Shown piece by piece: positions 19,457 through 28,862 of a DNA stretch of 64,000 bases (the stretch's first letter is position 1; each line of letters begins with the position of its first letter). The position numbers were made by a program, and so were the translations under genes. The stretch comes from Fidelibacterota bacterium (lineage in GTDB: Bacteria; Fidelibacterota; UBA2242), in the NCBI GenBank assembly GCA_049975265.1, contig JBNGDF010000006.1, forward strand, positions 2,360 to 66,359. Reading direction: 5' to 3'. Under the pieces are notes generated by a model, which saw only the letters and a program-made list of their open reading frames with translations, had not been told where the DNA came from and searched no databases.

Positions 19457-20347
19457 TCAAAATGCGACCGAAAGAGATACGCCGCGGACCGGATTACGAT
19501 AACGCACATCCGTCACCAAGCCCACATGCCAGCTCACCCGATCGGCTTCCTCAGAGGTATAGTTTTTAGCGGCGATCTGGGCGTGAAAGGCACTGATCAG
19601 GTGGTTAAACATTATCACCGTTGCAAAATTGGTCGCCATCTTAAGGGCGTCGTTGGAGTTTTTCCGCTGGGTCAAATAATAATCCCGGTTTTTAGACACC
19701 TTGATAACCGAATCGGATACGGCGTTGTACTCCGTAAAATCATCCCAGCCGCCGGCAAACTGATCATACTTGCCGATATTTTCATAAAAATCGCGCGTCC
19801 GGACCGGCTCCATCTCACCGCTGGCGATGTAGGATTCCCAACCGACCAACACCGAATCCAGATAAGACGGTTTCCCTTCATACATCTCACCGTTGTACTC
19901 CAGATAGATGCTGTGCGATGATACGTCCAGACCGGTCATGGTGTAGCCCATACTGTTATTCAACCAGAGACCGTAAAGAGTCCAGTGATTATCAGCAAAG
20001 GCGATATACTTATTTTCCAGGTCTTCACCTTTATTCTTTTTATTGAAATACATTACCCAGGAAAAAACCTCCACACTGGCAAACGCCAGCGCCCGCCATT
20101 TGGTACCGGCGTAGAGTTCACCCGCACCGGGCAGAATCGCCGATAGTAAAAATGCCCGACCCGGTGATTTTTCATAATCAAACTCAAAAGAATCACCCTG
20201 CATTGGACTGAACTTCAGCTGACTTTCCAGCAGGCTGCGGTCGGACCTGATCAATGTTTCATTCGCCAGATGGAGTTGACCAAACACCAGAGATGGTAAT
20301 AAAATCGCCAGAAGCAAGAGCGTTTTGTATACCTTCACTTTCATCAT
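19457..20347 (-). CDS. DUF5683-like exported/membrane protein
   Basis: KSPGRAFLLSAILPGAGELY motif; FYENIGKYDQFAGGWDD; ATG after AAGGAGG. Confidence 0.65.
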   Translation of the reverse strand: MMKVKVYKTLLLLAILLPSLVFGQLHLANETLIRSDRSLLESQLKFSPMQGDSFEFDYEKSPGRAFLLSAILPGAGELYAGTKWRALAFASVEVFSWVMYFNKKNKGEDLENKYIAFADNHWTLYGLWLNNSMGYTMTGLDVSSHSIYLEYNGEMYEGKPSYLDSVLVGWESYIASGEMEPVRTRDFYENIGKYDQFAGGWDDFTEYNAVSDSVIKVSKNRDYYLTQRKNSNDALKMATNFATVIMFNHLISAFHAQIAAKNYTSEEADRVSWHVGLVTDVRYRNPVRGVSLSVAF

Positions 20348-20354
20348 GCCTCCT

Positions 20355-23300
20355 TTATAGACCAAACAAAATTGTTAAATAACTGCGCCATTCCTTGCCA
20401 TATGTCAACGGATTGCCATCGCTATCCGTTATGGTAAATTCGTCGAATCCATAGACAAAATCCAGACTTATTGCTGTGGGATAGGCATAAAAAGAGAATC
20501 CACTCAGGCGTAGCTGAATGCCGATATCCCGCTTGAAATCGGCGGCGAGCTTCTGAATCACGTCCCTGCCATTCAGGGTAAAATCGGGCCAGTCGAGACG
20601 GGGATAATCCTCCACCGCACTCCAGGCATTGCCCGCCTCTATATAGGTCGCCAGAAACGCATTTTGCAGATTGAATGGTAAAATCTGAATGTCCTTTTCC
20701 ACAAAGAGCGGTATCCGCCAGGTATAGTCCGCAATCAGGATATTGCGTCCCTCGATACTGTAAAACGGATACCCCTTCAAGCCGGGCATTCCCCCGGCAA
20801 AGAAATTGAAAAAGGAATCAATATCCGGTTTGGAAATCGTGCCGATGCGCCAACCCAGCGTCCCCACCAGCTTCGGCACAAGCGGATATTTATGGTACCA
20901 TTCACCCTCATGATCGATCAGCCAGTAATAGTTTTTCCGGAACGCCACCCCGAATGTGCCGTAGGCGCTGTTGACTTCGAAATCCTGGATAAATTTATCG
21001 TAATTACGCCCGATATTCGTATTTAACACCACACCATTGTCCGGATTGGTCTCGCTGTTGACCGTCCGGCGCATGAATTTAAACTGCCAATTTAGTTTGA
21101 AATTCATACCCCGGTAGTAATCGTAAGTAAATCCGTTTTGATACAACCCCACATCAGGAATCTTGGTATCCGATACGGCTCGGTATTTCGAGAGTAAAAT
21201 GTCAAATCGGAATTTATTGAATCCATCCAGCGGTGCCGAAATCCCGGTTACAAACTCAATCAGATCAAATTTATAGTCGAAGCTCGCATCATAAGCATTA
21301 ATCTTAGCCTTTTGATTAAAAATACTTCTGGTAATATTGTAAAATTCCACGAACAGCGTCGGATACCACTGATGATATTCCAGTAAAACAAAAAGGTCGC
21401 GGTCCCAGATCGTGTTCACCGCCGCACTACCGAAAATGTTGAATTTTTCCAGAATTTCAGAGGAATAGAAATAGAATCCTGGTTTGATCTTGCCATAGTC
21501 AACCATCAGTTTGGGCATAAAGAACATCTTCGAAAACTGCTGTTTGTAGTCTGTCGCCGGCGGCAGGCTGTCCAGGGCAAATTCCATTATCCCGGGAATT
21601 CTGTCAGAATAGTCTGTATAATGACTCACCGCCGGATCAACGGCGGTAGGCTCGGCTATTTTGGCGATTTTAAAAGAAGAATTTTCAAACAGCGCATAGA
21701 GCAGTTCACCCCCGGCATTCACCGTCGGCATAAATGCACCACCGGCTACGTTGGTGATGAGTTCCGTTTCACCGGTTGCCCGCGAGCGGCGATAAATATT
21801 GAAAATACCGGTTTGGTCAGAGGCGTAGTAAAGCCATTTGCCGTCGGGACTGTAATAGGGATTACGGGTATCATGGGCGGCGGTATTCAGATATTCGATC
21901 CGATCTTCAGCGAGGTGATAGATCGCCAGGTCCCGTCCATGGGCAGTCAGAAAATCAAATGCCAGCTGCTTCCCATCGGGTGACCAGTGCGCTGTAAATA
22001 TCTCTTCACCGTTGGTATAGTCGGTAATCTTTTTCACCACCGGCTGACCAAAGCTAGCCTGCTGCAGGTAGAGATTCGAGGTACCGTCTTGTCCGGACAC
22101 ATACGCCAGCATATCACCATCTGGCGAGATCGCCGGATTGTACGCCCGCGCAAAACGGGTCAGCGGTTGTTCTTTTTTCCCTTTCAAATCGTAGCGATAG
22201 ATATCATAATATACCGAACCATGTTTATCAGGCTTGCTGGCTTTCGAATAGAACAGGTGGCGCCCGTCGGGGGCAACGCAGGCGCGGGACAGGACAAAGG
22301 GCTCTATCTCTTTCGTCTTACCGGTTGCCGTGTTCAATTGCAGCAGCGTTGTCTGCATAAAATAGTCGTGACCCTTGTTGGATAAAAAGTAGATCAGCGA
22401 ATCGTTGCTCCATTCGGGATAATACTGGGTCGTAGCCTCGCCGACAATAATCTCGCCCTTGACTTCATGCGCCCGGATTGTTTCGGTCAATCCGTGATAT
22501 TGGCTCTCCAGGTGGTGCACCCACTCCGTATACAGCTGTTTACCCCGGATACCGGTCACATTTTCCATCGCCTTGTCAATGGAATACTGGACCGGGCGGG
22601 AGAGTTCAGCCGCCAAATCAGAAATGACCTGCGGACCGAATCGATCTGCCAGATACCGCACAAAGGCATAGCCCTGATTATATGTTGATTCATTGCCGAT
22701 CCCCCGCTTGCCAAAAGACGCCATCTGAGCAAAGGACAAAACGTTACCATTCAATACCCGGTCCCGTATCAGCATATCCCGATGGGAATCCCAGAAATCG
22801 TTGGAGGTCCCGGGCCACATGTACTGCGCCATCCCTTCCGCCAACCACATCGGAATCACCACACCCGGAATCGGATAGGATGTAATGACCCGCGGATAGC
22901 CGTAGATCACGTCGTCCCGCTTTTCATCTTCATAATCGAGTACCTGAAAATACAAGCCCGGCACCGAGCGCGTGAACTTCATGGTTTTAGCCAGCGAGAC
23001 GATGTGCGAAAATTCGTGACTGATGACATCCAGCAGCCAGTGGTGATTGCCTCTCAGCGGATAATCCAGAGGCGTCGCCCAGATTTCGATTTTATTATCA
23101 TAATAATATGCTGCGCCGTTGGAAATATCACCGATATCCTTGATGATCAGATCGGTTTTTTCATCAGGTTCATAATCATAAAATGAGGTGATCGGACCGT
23201 ACACCGACTCGGCAATCTCGGCACTCCTTTGAGCCGTCCATTCGGCGCCCTGGTGGTAGTGAACCTCAAAATGTTCCGTTTCAAAGGTTTTCCACTCCAG

Positions 23301-23414
23301 CTCCGGATGGTTGTAGGTTGCAAAGCCATCCTGCCCGAAAACAGAGCCGCTGAAATTAAAAAAAAGAAGAAGGGGAACGAGATATCTTATCTGTAAAAAA
23401 AGCGGTCTATTCAC
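20355..23414 (-). CDS. Gluzincin (peptidase MA-like) + TolB/PD40 propeller + probable C-terminal beta-barrel protein
   Basis: Signal peptide; HEFSH and WLAEGMAQY; repeated SPDG motifs; GG...LKGY and beta-strand pattern at the C-terminus. Confidence 0.75.
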   Translation of the reverse strand: MNRPLFLQIRYLVPLLLFFNFSGSVFGQDGFATYNHPELEWKTFETEHFEVHYHQGAEWTAQRSAEIAESVYGPITSFYDYEPDEKTDLIIKDIGDISNGAAYYYDNKIEIWATPLDYPLRGNHHWLLDVISHEFSHIVSLAKTMKFTRSVPGLYFQVLDYEDEKRDDVIYGYPRVITSYPIPGVVIPMWLAEGMAQYMWPGTSNDFWDSHRDMLIRDRVLNGNVLSFAQMASFGKRGIGNESTYNQGYAFVRYLADRFGPQVISDLAAELSRPVQYSIDKAMENVTGIRGKQLYTEWVHHLESQYHGLTETIRAHEVKGEIIVGEATTQYYPEWSNDSLIYFLSNKGHDYFMQTTLLQLNTATGKTKEIEPFVLSRACVAPDGRHLFYSKASKPDKHGSVYYDIYRYDLKGKKEQPLTRFARAYNPAISPDGDMLAYVSGQDGTSNLYLQQASFGQPVVKKITDYTNGEEIFTAHWSPDGKQLAFDFLTAHGRDLAIYHLAEDRIEYLNTAAHDTRNPYYSPDGKWLYYASDQTGIFNIYRRSRATGETELITNVAGGAFMPTVNAGGELLYALFENSSFKIAKIAEPTAVDPAVSHYTDYSDRIPGIMEFALDSLPPATDYKQQFSKMFFMPKLMVDYGKIKPGFYFYSSEILEKFNIFGSAAVNTIWDRDLFVLLEYHQWYPTLFVEFYNITRSIFNQKAKINAYDASFDYKFDLIEFVTGISAPLDGFNKFRFDILLSKYRAVSDTKIPDVGLYQNGFTYDYYRGMNFKLNWQFKFMRRTVNSETNPDNGVVLNTNIGRNYDKFIQDFEVNSAYGTFGVAFRKNYYWLIDHEGEWYHKYPLVPKLVGTLGWRIGTISKPDIDSFFNFFAGGMPGLKGYPFYSIEGRNILIADYTWRIPLFVEKDIQILPFNLQNAFLATYIEAGNAWSAVEDYPRLDWPDFTLNGRDVIQKLAADFKRDIGIQLRLSGFSFYAYPTAISLDFVYGFDEFTITDSDGNPLTYGKEWRSYLTILFGL

Positions 23415-26400
23415 TAATGGACAACCATGATTTTGACGATTTTACTGTCGCTTTTGCTTCCCGCTGAAGCCTGCACCACCGCTAAATAGACACCGTTGGC
23501 GATTTTGCTGACATCCCATTCGATTTCATTATAATCATTGACTAGGGGATGTTCATCGCCGAAAGATTTGATCAGGTTTCCCGCCAGATCATAGACTGTA
23601 ATGTCAACCTTACAGTCCGACGTGGGAAAATAGCGAATGGCGGTGCGATTGTTTTTGGTCGGATTCGGCCAGTTGAATGTTTTGGCTTTATCCAATAATC
23701 CATCCGAAGCCACGCTATTATTCACCGGCGTGCGTGGAAAATAAAAACTCCGCTGTGGATCACCGCCGTAGCAATACCAGGCATCTTCCGATAACGAACC
23801 GGCGGTCAGATAGACACCCACCAATTCAGTTCCGGCAGCACCGGACGAGAGCAGAAAGACACCGTTCTCATTTTCCAGCAAAACCGCCTTCTCGTTGATA
23901 CTGTTGGGCAATGCCCGCGGAAAACCGTCGATCAGATTACCGTGATAGTTGTATGCCAGAACGCCGACATCCGCCAGCGTTGCGATGATGTCCACAATTC
24001 CATCGCCATCTACATCGGTGGTCAGTATGTGTGGCTGAAATATTTTTCCGCCATGGAGATTCGGAACAGAGACCGGGAAGTTGGCTTCCAGCACCAGATT
24101 TTCATTAAAAGCAAATATTCGGCTTTCGCTTTTGGCAATGATCTCGATTCTCCCGTCACCATCAATATCGGAAAACGCCAGCGTCGAATCGAAACCGCCA
24201 TCGTATGTCACTATATCCGGCTCAGTACTGTTGATATCCAAAACCAGTAAGAGCCGCCCGGATGTGACTGCCACAATATCCACCAGGGTATTCCCGTTGA
24301 TATATGCCAGCCCGACTGCGTTTATAGAAGTGCCAAAATTAACCCCGCTCGGTTCCGGTGCCAAATCAACCGTATCCAGCGTCATCAATTCACCCTCCGG
24401 TGAGATCGAATAAATCACGGAACCGTCGCTGACCAGTTTATTGACCGGCAGGTTAACCGGATGGATTACAACAGAATGATCCCCGGTATCATAGGCGATC
24501 AGATGATATTGCTCCGCCTGATCGCCAGCGGTGCAAAATATAATGCGGTCGCCGAAAGCCAGCCGGTTCGAGAGCAGACGCTTTCCCGGAAAGGAGGTCC
24601 TGGCTTCCCGGGTCAGCACGGCATTTGCGGCAATAGAAAATTGCCAAATCTCGAGACTGTCCGGCGAAGTGGATGGATTGAATACCAAAAAGTAATCATC
24701 ACCGGATGCATGAATTAGCGTAGGTGATGCGGGATAATTGGGCGCGAGATTATCATGATGCCGTTCCATCCCCGACTCATCATACGTGTAGTAATATGGA
24801 TCGGATTGATTCCAGTACGCCAGCAGTTCCGCCTTTGCATCACCCGAATCGAAATTGACCGGGAAAAGCGTCATATCCGGGGTCTCTCCGGGATTAAAAA
24901 TGGCTGGCGAGGCAGAAAACCCTGCTACCATGTAATCACGCCGAATCCGGAAGCTCATTACCGGTGCCGGTGGTCCGATACTGTCAATGCAGATTCCGGT
25001 GTAAGCCCGGTCATTGCTGTGCGATGACGGATTGGTGGAGTTCGTAAAGCCTACCCGTTTCTCATCATCCATCGGGTAAGCCTGGTTCAAATCCCAAAAA
25101 CCTTCGTTCCCGGCAAACCAGGGATCGAAATACCAGCCGGCATCGATATTGGCACCGATCATCTGGGATGCATAGCCCAGGTCCTGGGCACCGTCACCCT
25201 CCTCCAGATCAACGCCGCGCCGGTTTTTATCATTATTAATACTATTGCTGTGCAGGTTCGCTTCGATGACCGACTCATCAATATGCCAGATCAGCAAACC
25301 CGAACCGGGCAGACCGTAATCATAGCGGGGAACCGTTAATAGAACGCCGGTTTCAGCCGAAAACACCGCATCAATCGAATCTACGATCAGGGGAATCAGC
25401 GGCGGCCAGTCCTCTTCGCCGGTCTTTACATACTCTCTGTACTGGATACTATCCAGATAAACCCCGGGGCGGATATGGGAGTAGCGGTTTTCGAGAAGGA
25501 AATACTCGTGATCATTAATCGGTATTTTCCAGAGCGTCGTGTCGGAGCATGACTCGGCATAATTCAGCCTGACATCGTGAAAACCGCCGGCTGCCACCGG
25601 CTCATCCCACCCCATGTAATACCGCTCCCAAGCCGATGGAAACGCCGGCACCAGCCCGTTCAGATTCGCCGATCCCTGGTCCATCAAACCGAATCTGCCG
25701 ATCCCGGTCTCCCCGGTCTCCGTGTTATACAAACCCGGTAAACCCAGGTAAAAGCCGATCATGAAAGCAAAGGTTCCGTTCAAGCCGATCTGATAGTCGC
25801 AGGGCGTGGTGACACCGCCGAAAACGTCCTCCCAATTGGGATAGAGCAGGTGATTCTGCGATTCCGGTAAAATAATGCCTTCGGTTACCGGAAACCCATT
25901 ATCCACAAGGATGCTGTTTCCCGACGAATCGATCGATGCATAGTAATTTTCAATATCGATACTACTCAGATACGCCGATGGGATATCATAGGGCGTCGGA
26001 TCCAGGTCGATGGCAAAATCCTGTCCCACTCCGGCATGGAAAACAACCACAATGTCATATTGACTAAAATCAATGTCGGGATCGGAATCCGCCAGCTGGA
26101 CAGCTTCCACCAGCAACTCCGTCAGGCGAACGTCAATAGAATCCTTCTCCAGAAAGGGGTGATAGTACCGCATCTCCCGGGACAACGTATACACCCGATC
26201 ATTATCTCTTGGAAAGACCGCCGAGTTGGTGGTGTCAATCATCAGTTGCCCGTCTGAGGCGTGCCGATAGTAGTTCGACAGCGCCTTGATATGGTCCCGA
26301 AAATAGGCATTGTTGTGAGGTGCGGGATCAATAACGGGAAAATTCTCATCTTTGCAGGGCAATTCAACCGGCGTCGTGAGAAAACGACCGTCACCGGTGG

Positions 26401-26596
26401 TCGCCTCAAAATCATCGGGCTGAAATTCAACCCGCAACGCACAGATAGAGACTGTACCGGAAACGGAACTCTGATGAAGCTGGGAAGGAATCGTATTCCG
26501 CATGAGCGGAATTATTTCAGCCGGCGATACTATTGGTGCTATCGCAAACAACAAAAAGATCAGAAAGATTGGGATATAGGTGCTGTTTTTCTTCAT
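23414..26596 (-). CDS. M6 (immune inhibitor A)-like protein with FG-GAP repeats and T9SS-type CTD; zinc motif degenerate
   Basis: VFHAGVG, GLPGLY, GLMDQGS, SAWER..MGW, EYFLLENR, GLLIWHIDE; DIDGDG/DVDGDG repeats; C-terminal WPNP..VYDLAG..WD..GVY..K. Confidence 0.8.
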   Translation of the reverse strand: MKKNSTYIPIFLIFLLFAIAPIVSPAEIIPLMRNTIPSQLHQSSVSGTVSICALRVEFQPDDFEATTGDGRFLTTPVELPCKDENFPVIDPAPHNNAYFRDHIKALSNYYRHASDGQLMIDTTNSAVFPRDNDRVYTLSREMRYYHPFLEKDSIDVRLTELLVEAVQLADSDPDIDFSQYDIVVVFHAGVGQDFAIDLDPTPYDIPSAYLSSIDIENYYASIDSSGNSILVDNGFPVTEGIILPESQNHLLYPNWEDVFGGVTTPCDYQIGLNGTFAFMIGFYLGLPGLYNTETGETGIGRFGLMDQGSANLNGLVPAFPSAWERYYMGWDEPVAAGGFHDVRLNYAESCSDTTLWKIPINDHEYFLLENRYSHIRPGVYLDSIQYREYVKTGEEDWPPLIPLIVDSIDAVFSAETGVLLTVPRYDYGLPGSGLLIWHIDESVIEANLHSNSINNDKNRRGVDLEEGDGAQDLGYASQMIGANIDAGWYFDPWFAGNEGFWDLNQAYPMDDEKRVGFTNSTNPSSHSNDRAYTGICIDSIGPPAPVMSFRIRRDYMVAGFSASPAIFNPGETPDMTLFPVNFDSGDAKAELLAYWNQSDPYYYTYDESGMERHHDNLAPNYPASPTLIHASGDDYFLVFNPSTSPDSLEIWQFSIAANAVLTREARTSFPGKRLLSNRLAFGDRIIFCTAGDQAEQYHLIAYDTGDHSVVIHPVNLPVNKLVSDGSVIYSISPEGELMTLDTVDLAPEPSGVNFGTSINAVGLAYINGNTLVDIVAVTSGRLLLVLDINSTEPDIVTYDGGFDSTLAFSDIDGDGRIEIIAKSESRIFAFNENLVLEANFPVSVPNLHGGKIFQPHILTTDVDGDGIVDIIATLADVGVLAYNYHGNLIDGFPRALPNSINEKAVLLENENGVFLLSSGAAGTELVGVYLTAGSLSEDAWYCYGGDPQRSFYFPRTPVNNSVASDGLLDKAKTFNWPNPTKNNRTAIRYFPTSDCKVDITVYDLAGNLIKSFGDEHPLVNDYNEIEWDVSKIANGVYLAVVQASAGSKSDSKIVKIMVVH

Positions 26597-26655
26597 GGTT
26601 CGGATAAATCTGCAAGCTGTTAGCTGCCTTGGATTAGCTACGGATCGGGCGCCCC

Positions 26656-27942
26656 CTAAAACCGGATATCAATTGAAAAGATCATGGTATTCTGACGGGG
26701 GTGTCCGGGATCGCCGGCGGTATAACCAAAATCGAAGCCAAGCCCAGCATAGCGTAATCCGGCACCGAAGGTCGGTACCGGCCATTTGTCTTTCACTAAA
26801 ATCTTGCCTGTTTTATCATAAATAAAGCCCATCCGAATGGCAAAGAGATCGGAATACCAGTATTCAATGCCGAAATTATGAGTCAGTTTTTCCAGCTCAT
26901 TGCCGAAAGTACCGCTCATTACCTCCTTGTCGCCCTTGGCGTTATAGGCTCCGCCTTCCTGGGCAACAACATCACCATCCTCGGTTTTGATGTAGCCGCC
27001 GATTTTGCGGTCATTATCCAGATCGGGATTCTTCAGCAATAGCCAATCGTCAACCCAGGAGGTAAATATTCCGAGGTACCATTCATCGGTGTAGGCGGTT
27101 TCCCGGTGACCGTCTTTATTGTACTCGCCGCCGATTTGAGGGAGACCGTCTTCATTAAAATTCCCGATAATACCGTCGCCATCAAGATCGCGGCTGGGAT
27201 AGGAGGCGACCAGGAGCTTGTTGACATCGTAGGCAATCGTGATTTTGTTATACTCACCACCAAAGGTATAGTTCAGCCCCATTTTCAGATTGGTCGGCAT
27301 AGGGTCCGCCTGGGCAACATCAATGAAGGCGATTTTGGGACCGATGTTGGTAATAGCGGCACCAAAGGTTAGATCCTTGAGGAGAAACTGGCGTTTGATA
27401 TAGCCGATATCAAAGGCAAAATTGGTGGAGGTTCCCTTGCCTTTTTCTTTACCGGCACCCTGATCGGTCAGATGCTGGTGAATCATTTTGACATTGATGC
27501 CCAGCGATGAGGTCCGCGTCAGCGCCGTGCCGTAAGAGCCGGTGACAGCTAGCATGAACGAAGCAAAGGTACCCAGATAATTGGCATATTCATCCATCCG
27601 CTCCTGTTCACCCAGATTCAGCAAAATGATATGACCACCCAACATGCCGACATTTTTTACAAAATGCCGATAACCGATAAAATCGTAATAGATATCGTTG
27701 GCTAAATTGGGCAGCCAGTTTGTATGAGTCAGGGACAGTTCCCGACCGGTTAAAAAGCCAAGACCGGCGGGATTAAAATAGGAAGCGTAGGCATCGTCGG
27801 CAACGGCGGCACCGACTTCACCCATCCCCGCCGAACGCGCCCCGGGATTGATGAGCATCCAGATGGCACCCGCTTCACTCTGCGCCCAAACAGCCGTCAC
27901 GCTGACGATAGATATTATGAGTATGATTATGCATTTTTTCAT
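26656..27942 (-). CDS. porV: PorV/PorQ family outer-membrane barrel (T9SS shuttle)
   Basis: L.INPGARSAGMGEVG.AVADDAYA.YFNPAGL, THTNWLP.L..DIYY, NIGPKI, DPMPTNL. Confidence 0.85.
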   Translation of the reverse strand: MKKCIIILIISIVSVTAVWAQSEAGAIWMLINPGARSAGMGEVGAAVADDAYASYFNPAGLGFLTGRELSLTHTNWLPNLANDIYYDFIGYRHFVKNVGMLGGHIILLNLGEQERMDEYANYLGTFASFMLAVTGSYGTALTRTSSLGINVKMIHQHLTDQGAGKEKGKGTSTNFAFDIGYIKRQFLLKDLTFGAAITNIGPKIAFIDVAQADPMPTNLKMGLNYTFGGEYNKITIAYDVNKLLVASYPSRDLDGDGIIGNFNEDGLPQIGGEYNKDGHRETAYTDEWYLGIFTSWVDDWLLLKNPDLDNDRKIGGYIKTEDGDVVAQEGGAYNAKGDKEVMSGTFGNELEKLTHNFGIEYWYSDLFAIRMGFIYDKTGKILVKDKWPVPTFGAGLRYAGLGFDFGYTAGDPGHPRQNTMIFSIDIRF

Positions 27943-28090
27943 TCATTACCTCCTGAGAAAACAAAAGACCGAAAAAGATTGCACTTCGGCTTTCAACACC
28001 TGAAATTTGGAAATTGTCGGAAGAAACAGAGTCGGATTTTCTTCAATCGGGAATTATCAATTGCTCGATAAGCACTCCATTTTCGGGGAG

Positions 28091-28119
28091 AAATTAAAGG
28101 TATTTCCATCAAGAAACAA
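28091..28119 (-). promoter_or_regulatory. Putative promoter of the porV operon
   Basis: TTGTTT-N17-TAATTT. Confidence 0.45.
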
Positions 28120-28142
28120 GCTCATTTCGGCAGCATCTTTCG

Positions 28143-28307
28143 CTAAAATGGCTCCGCTTCGTCAATGAGCATTACCGGAATATCCTCTTTTATGTCAAAT
28201 TTGAGCCGGCATTCATGACAGATCAGCTGCGAATGCTCTCGATCATATTCGATCTCGTTTTTGCATTTTGGACACACTAAAATTTCAAGCAACTCATCAG
28301 ACAGCAT
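28143..28307 (-). CDS. Trm112 family protein (54 aa), absent from the ORF track
   Basis: MLSDELLEILVCPKCKNEIEYDREHSQLICHECRLKFDIKEDIPVMLIDEAEPF*; RBS GAGGA. Confidence 0.92.
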   Translation of the reverse strand: MLSDELLEILVCPKCKNEIEYDREHSQLICHECRLKFDIKEDIPVMLIDEAEPF

Positions 28308-28405
28308 ATTTTCCTCTATCTTAGAAATACTCTTTTCATACGGGTCACTCTCATACTATCGGCACCGGGAAATTGTTCCCGAACCAACGGCACAACGCTC
28401 CCTCG

Positions 28406-28855
28406 TCAACCGGACAGCTGATTAATCTGGTTTTTAAATTCATCCAAATCCTTGAACTTTTTATAAACCGACGCAAAACGAATATAGGCGACTTCATCCA
28501 ATTCCTTCAAATATCTGCTCACCATTTCGCCAATGACACCGGAAGCCACCTCACCGCCGGAGATCTCTTCAATCTCTTTTTCAATATCGATCACCACCGA
28601 TTCCAGCTTGTCCGCCGGCACCGGTCGCTTGTTACAGGCGATTTTTAGACTGTTCAACAGTTTCTGGCGATCATACTCCTCCCGCCGACCGTCGTTTTTG
28701 ATAATGGTCAGAGGGTATTCTACCACATATTCGTAGGTGGTAAAGCGGTGACCGCAGTCGAGACATTCCCGTCTCCTCCGGATAGCATTGTTTTTCTGGG
28801 CGGAGCGGGAATCGACGACTTTCGTTTCACTGGAATCACAAAAAGGGCATTTCAT
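28406..28855 (-). CDS. nrdR: Transcriptional repressor NrdR
   Basis: MKCPFC..VVDSR..IRRRRECLDCGHRFTTYE; ATP-cone; VAYIRFASVY. Confidence 0.97.
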   Translation of the reverse strand: MKCPFCDSSETKVVDSRSAQKNNAIRRRRECLDCGHRFTTYEYVVEYPLTIIKNDGRREEYDRQKLLNSLKIACNKRPVPADKLESVVIDIEKEIEEISGGEVASGVIGEMVSRYLKELDEVAYIRFASVYKKFKDLDEFKNQINQLSG

Positions 28856-28862
28856 GGTTAAC

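Noticed and set aside
27943..28142. Riboswitch or ncRNA in the ~150-nt porV leader
   Set aside because: No recognisable conserved aptamer or strong structure by eye; an Rfam scan would be needed.
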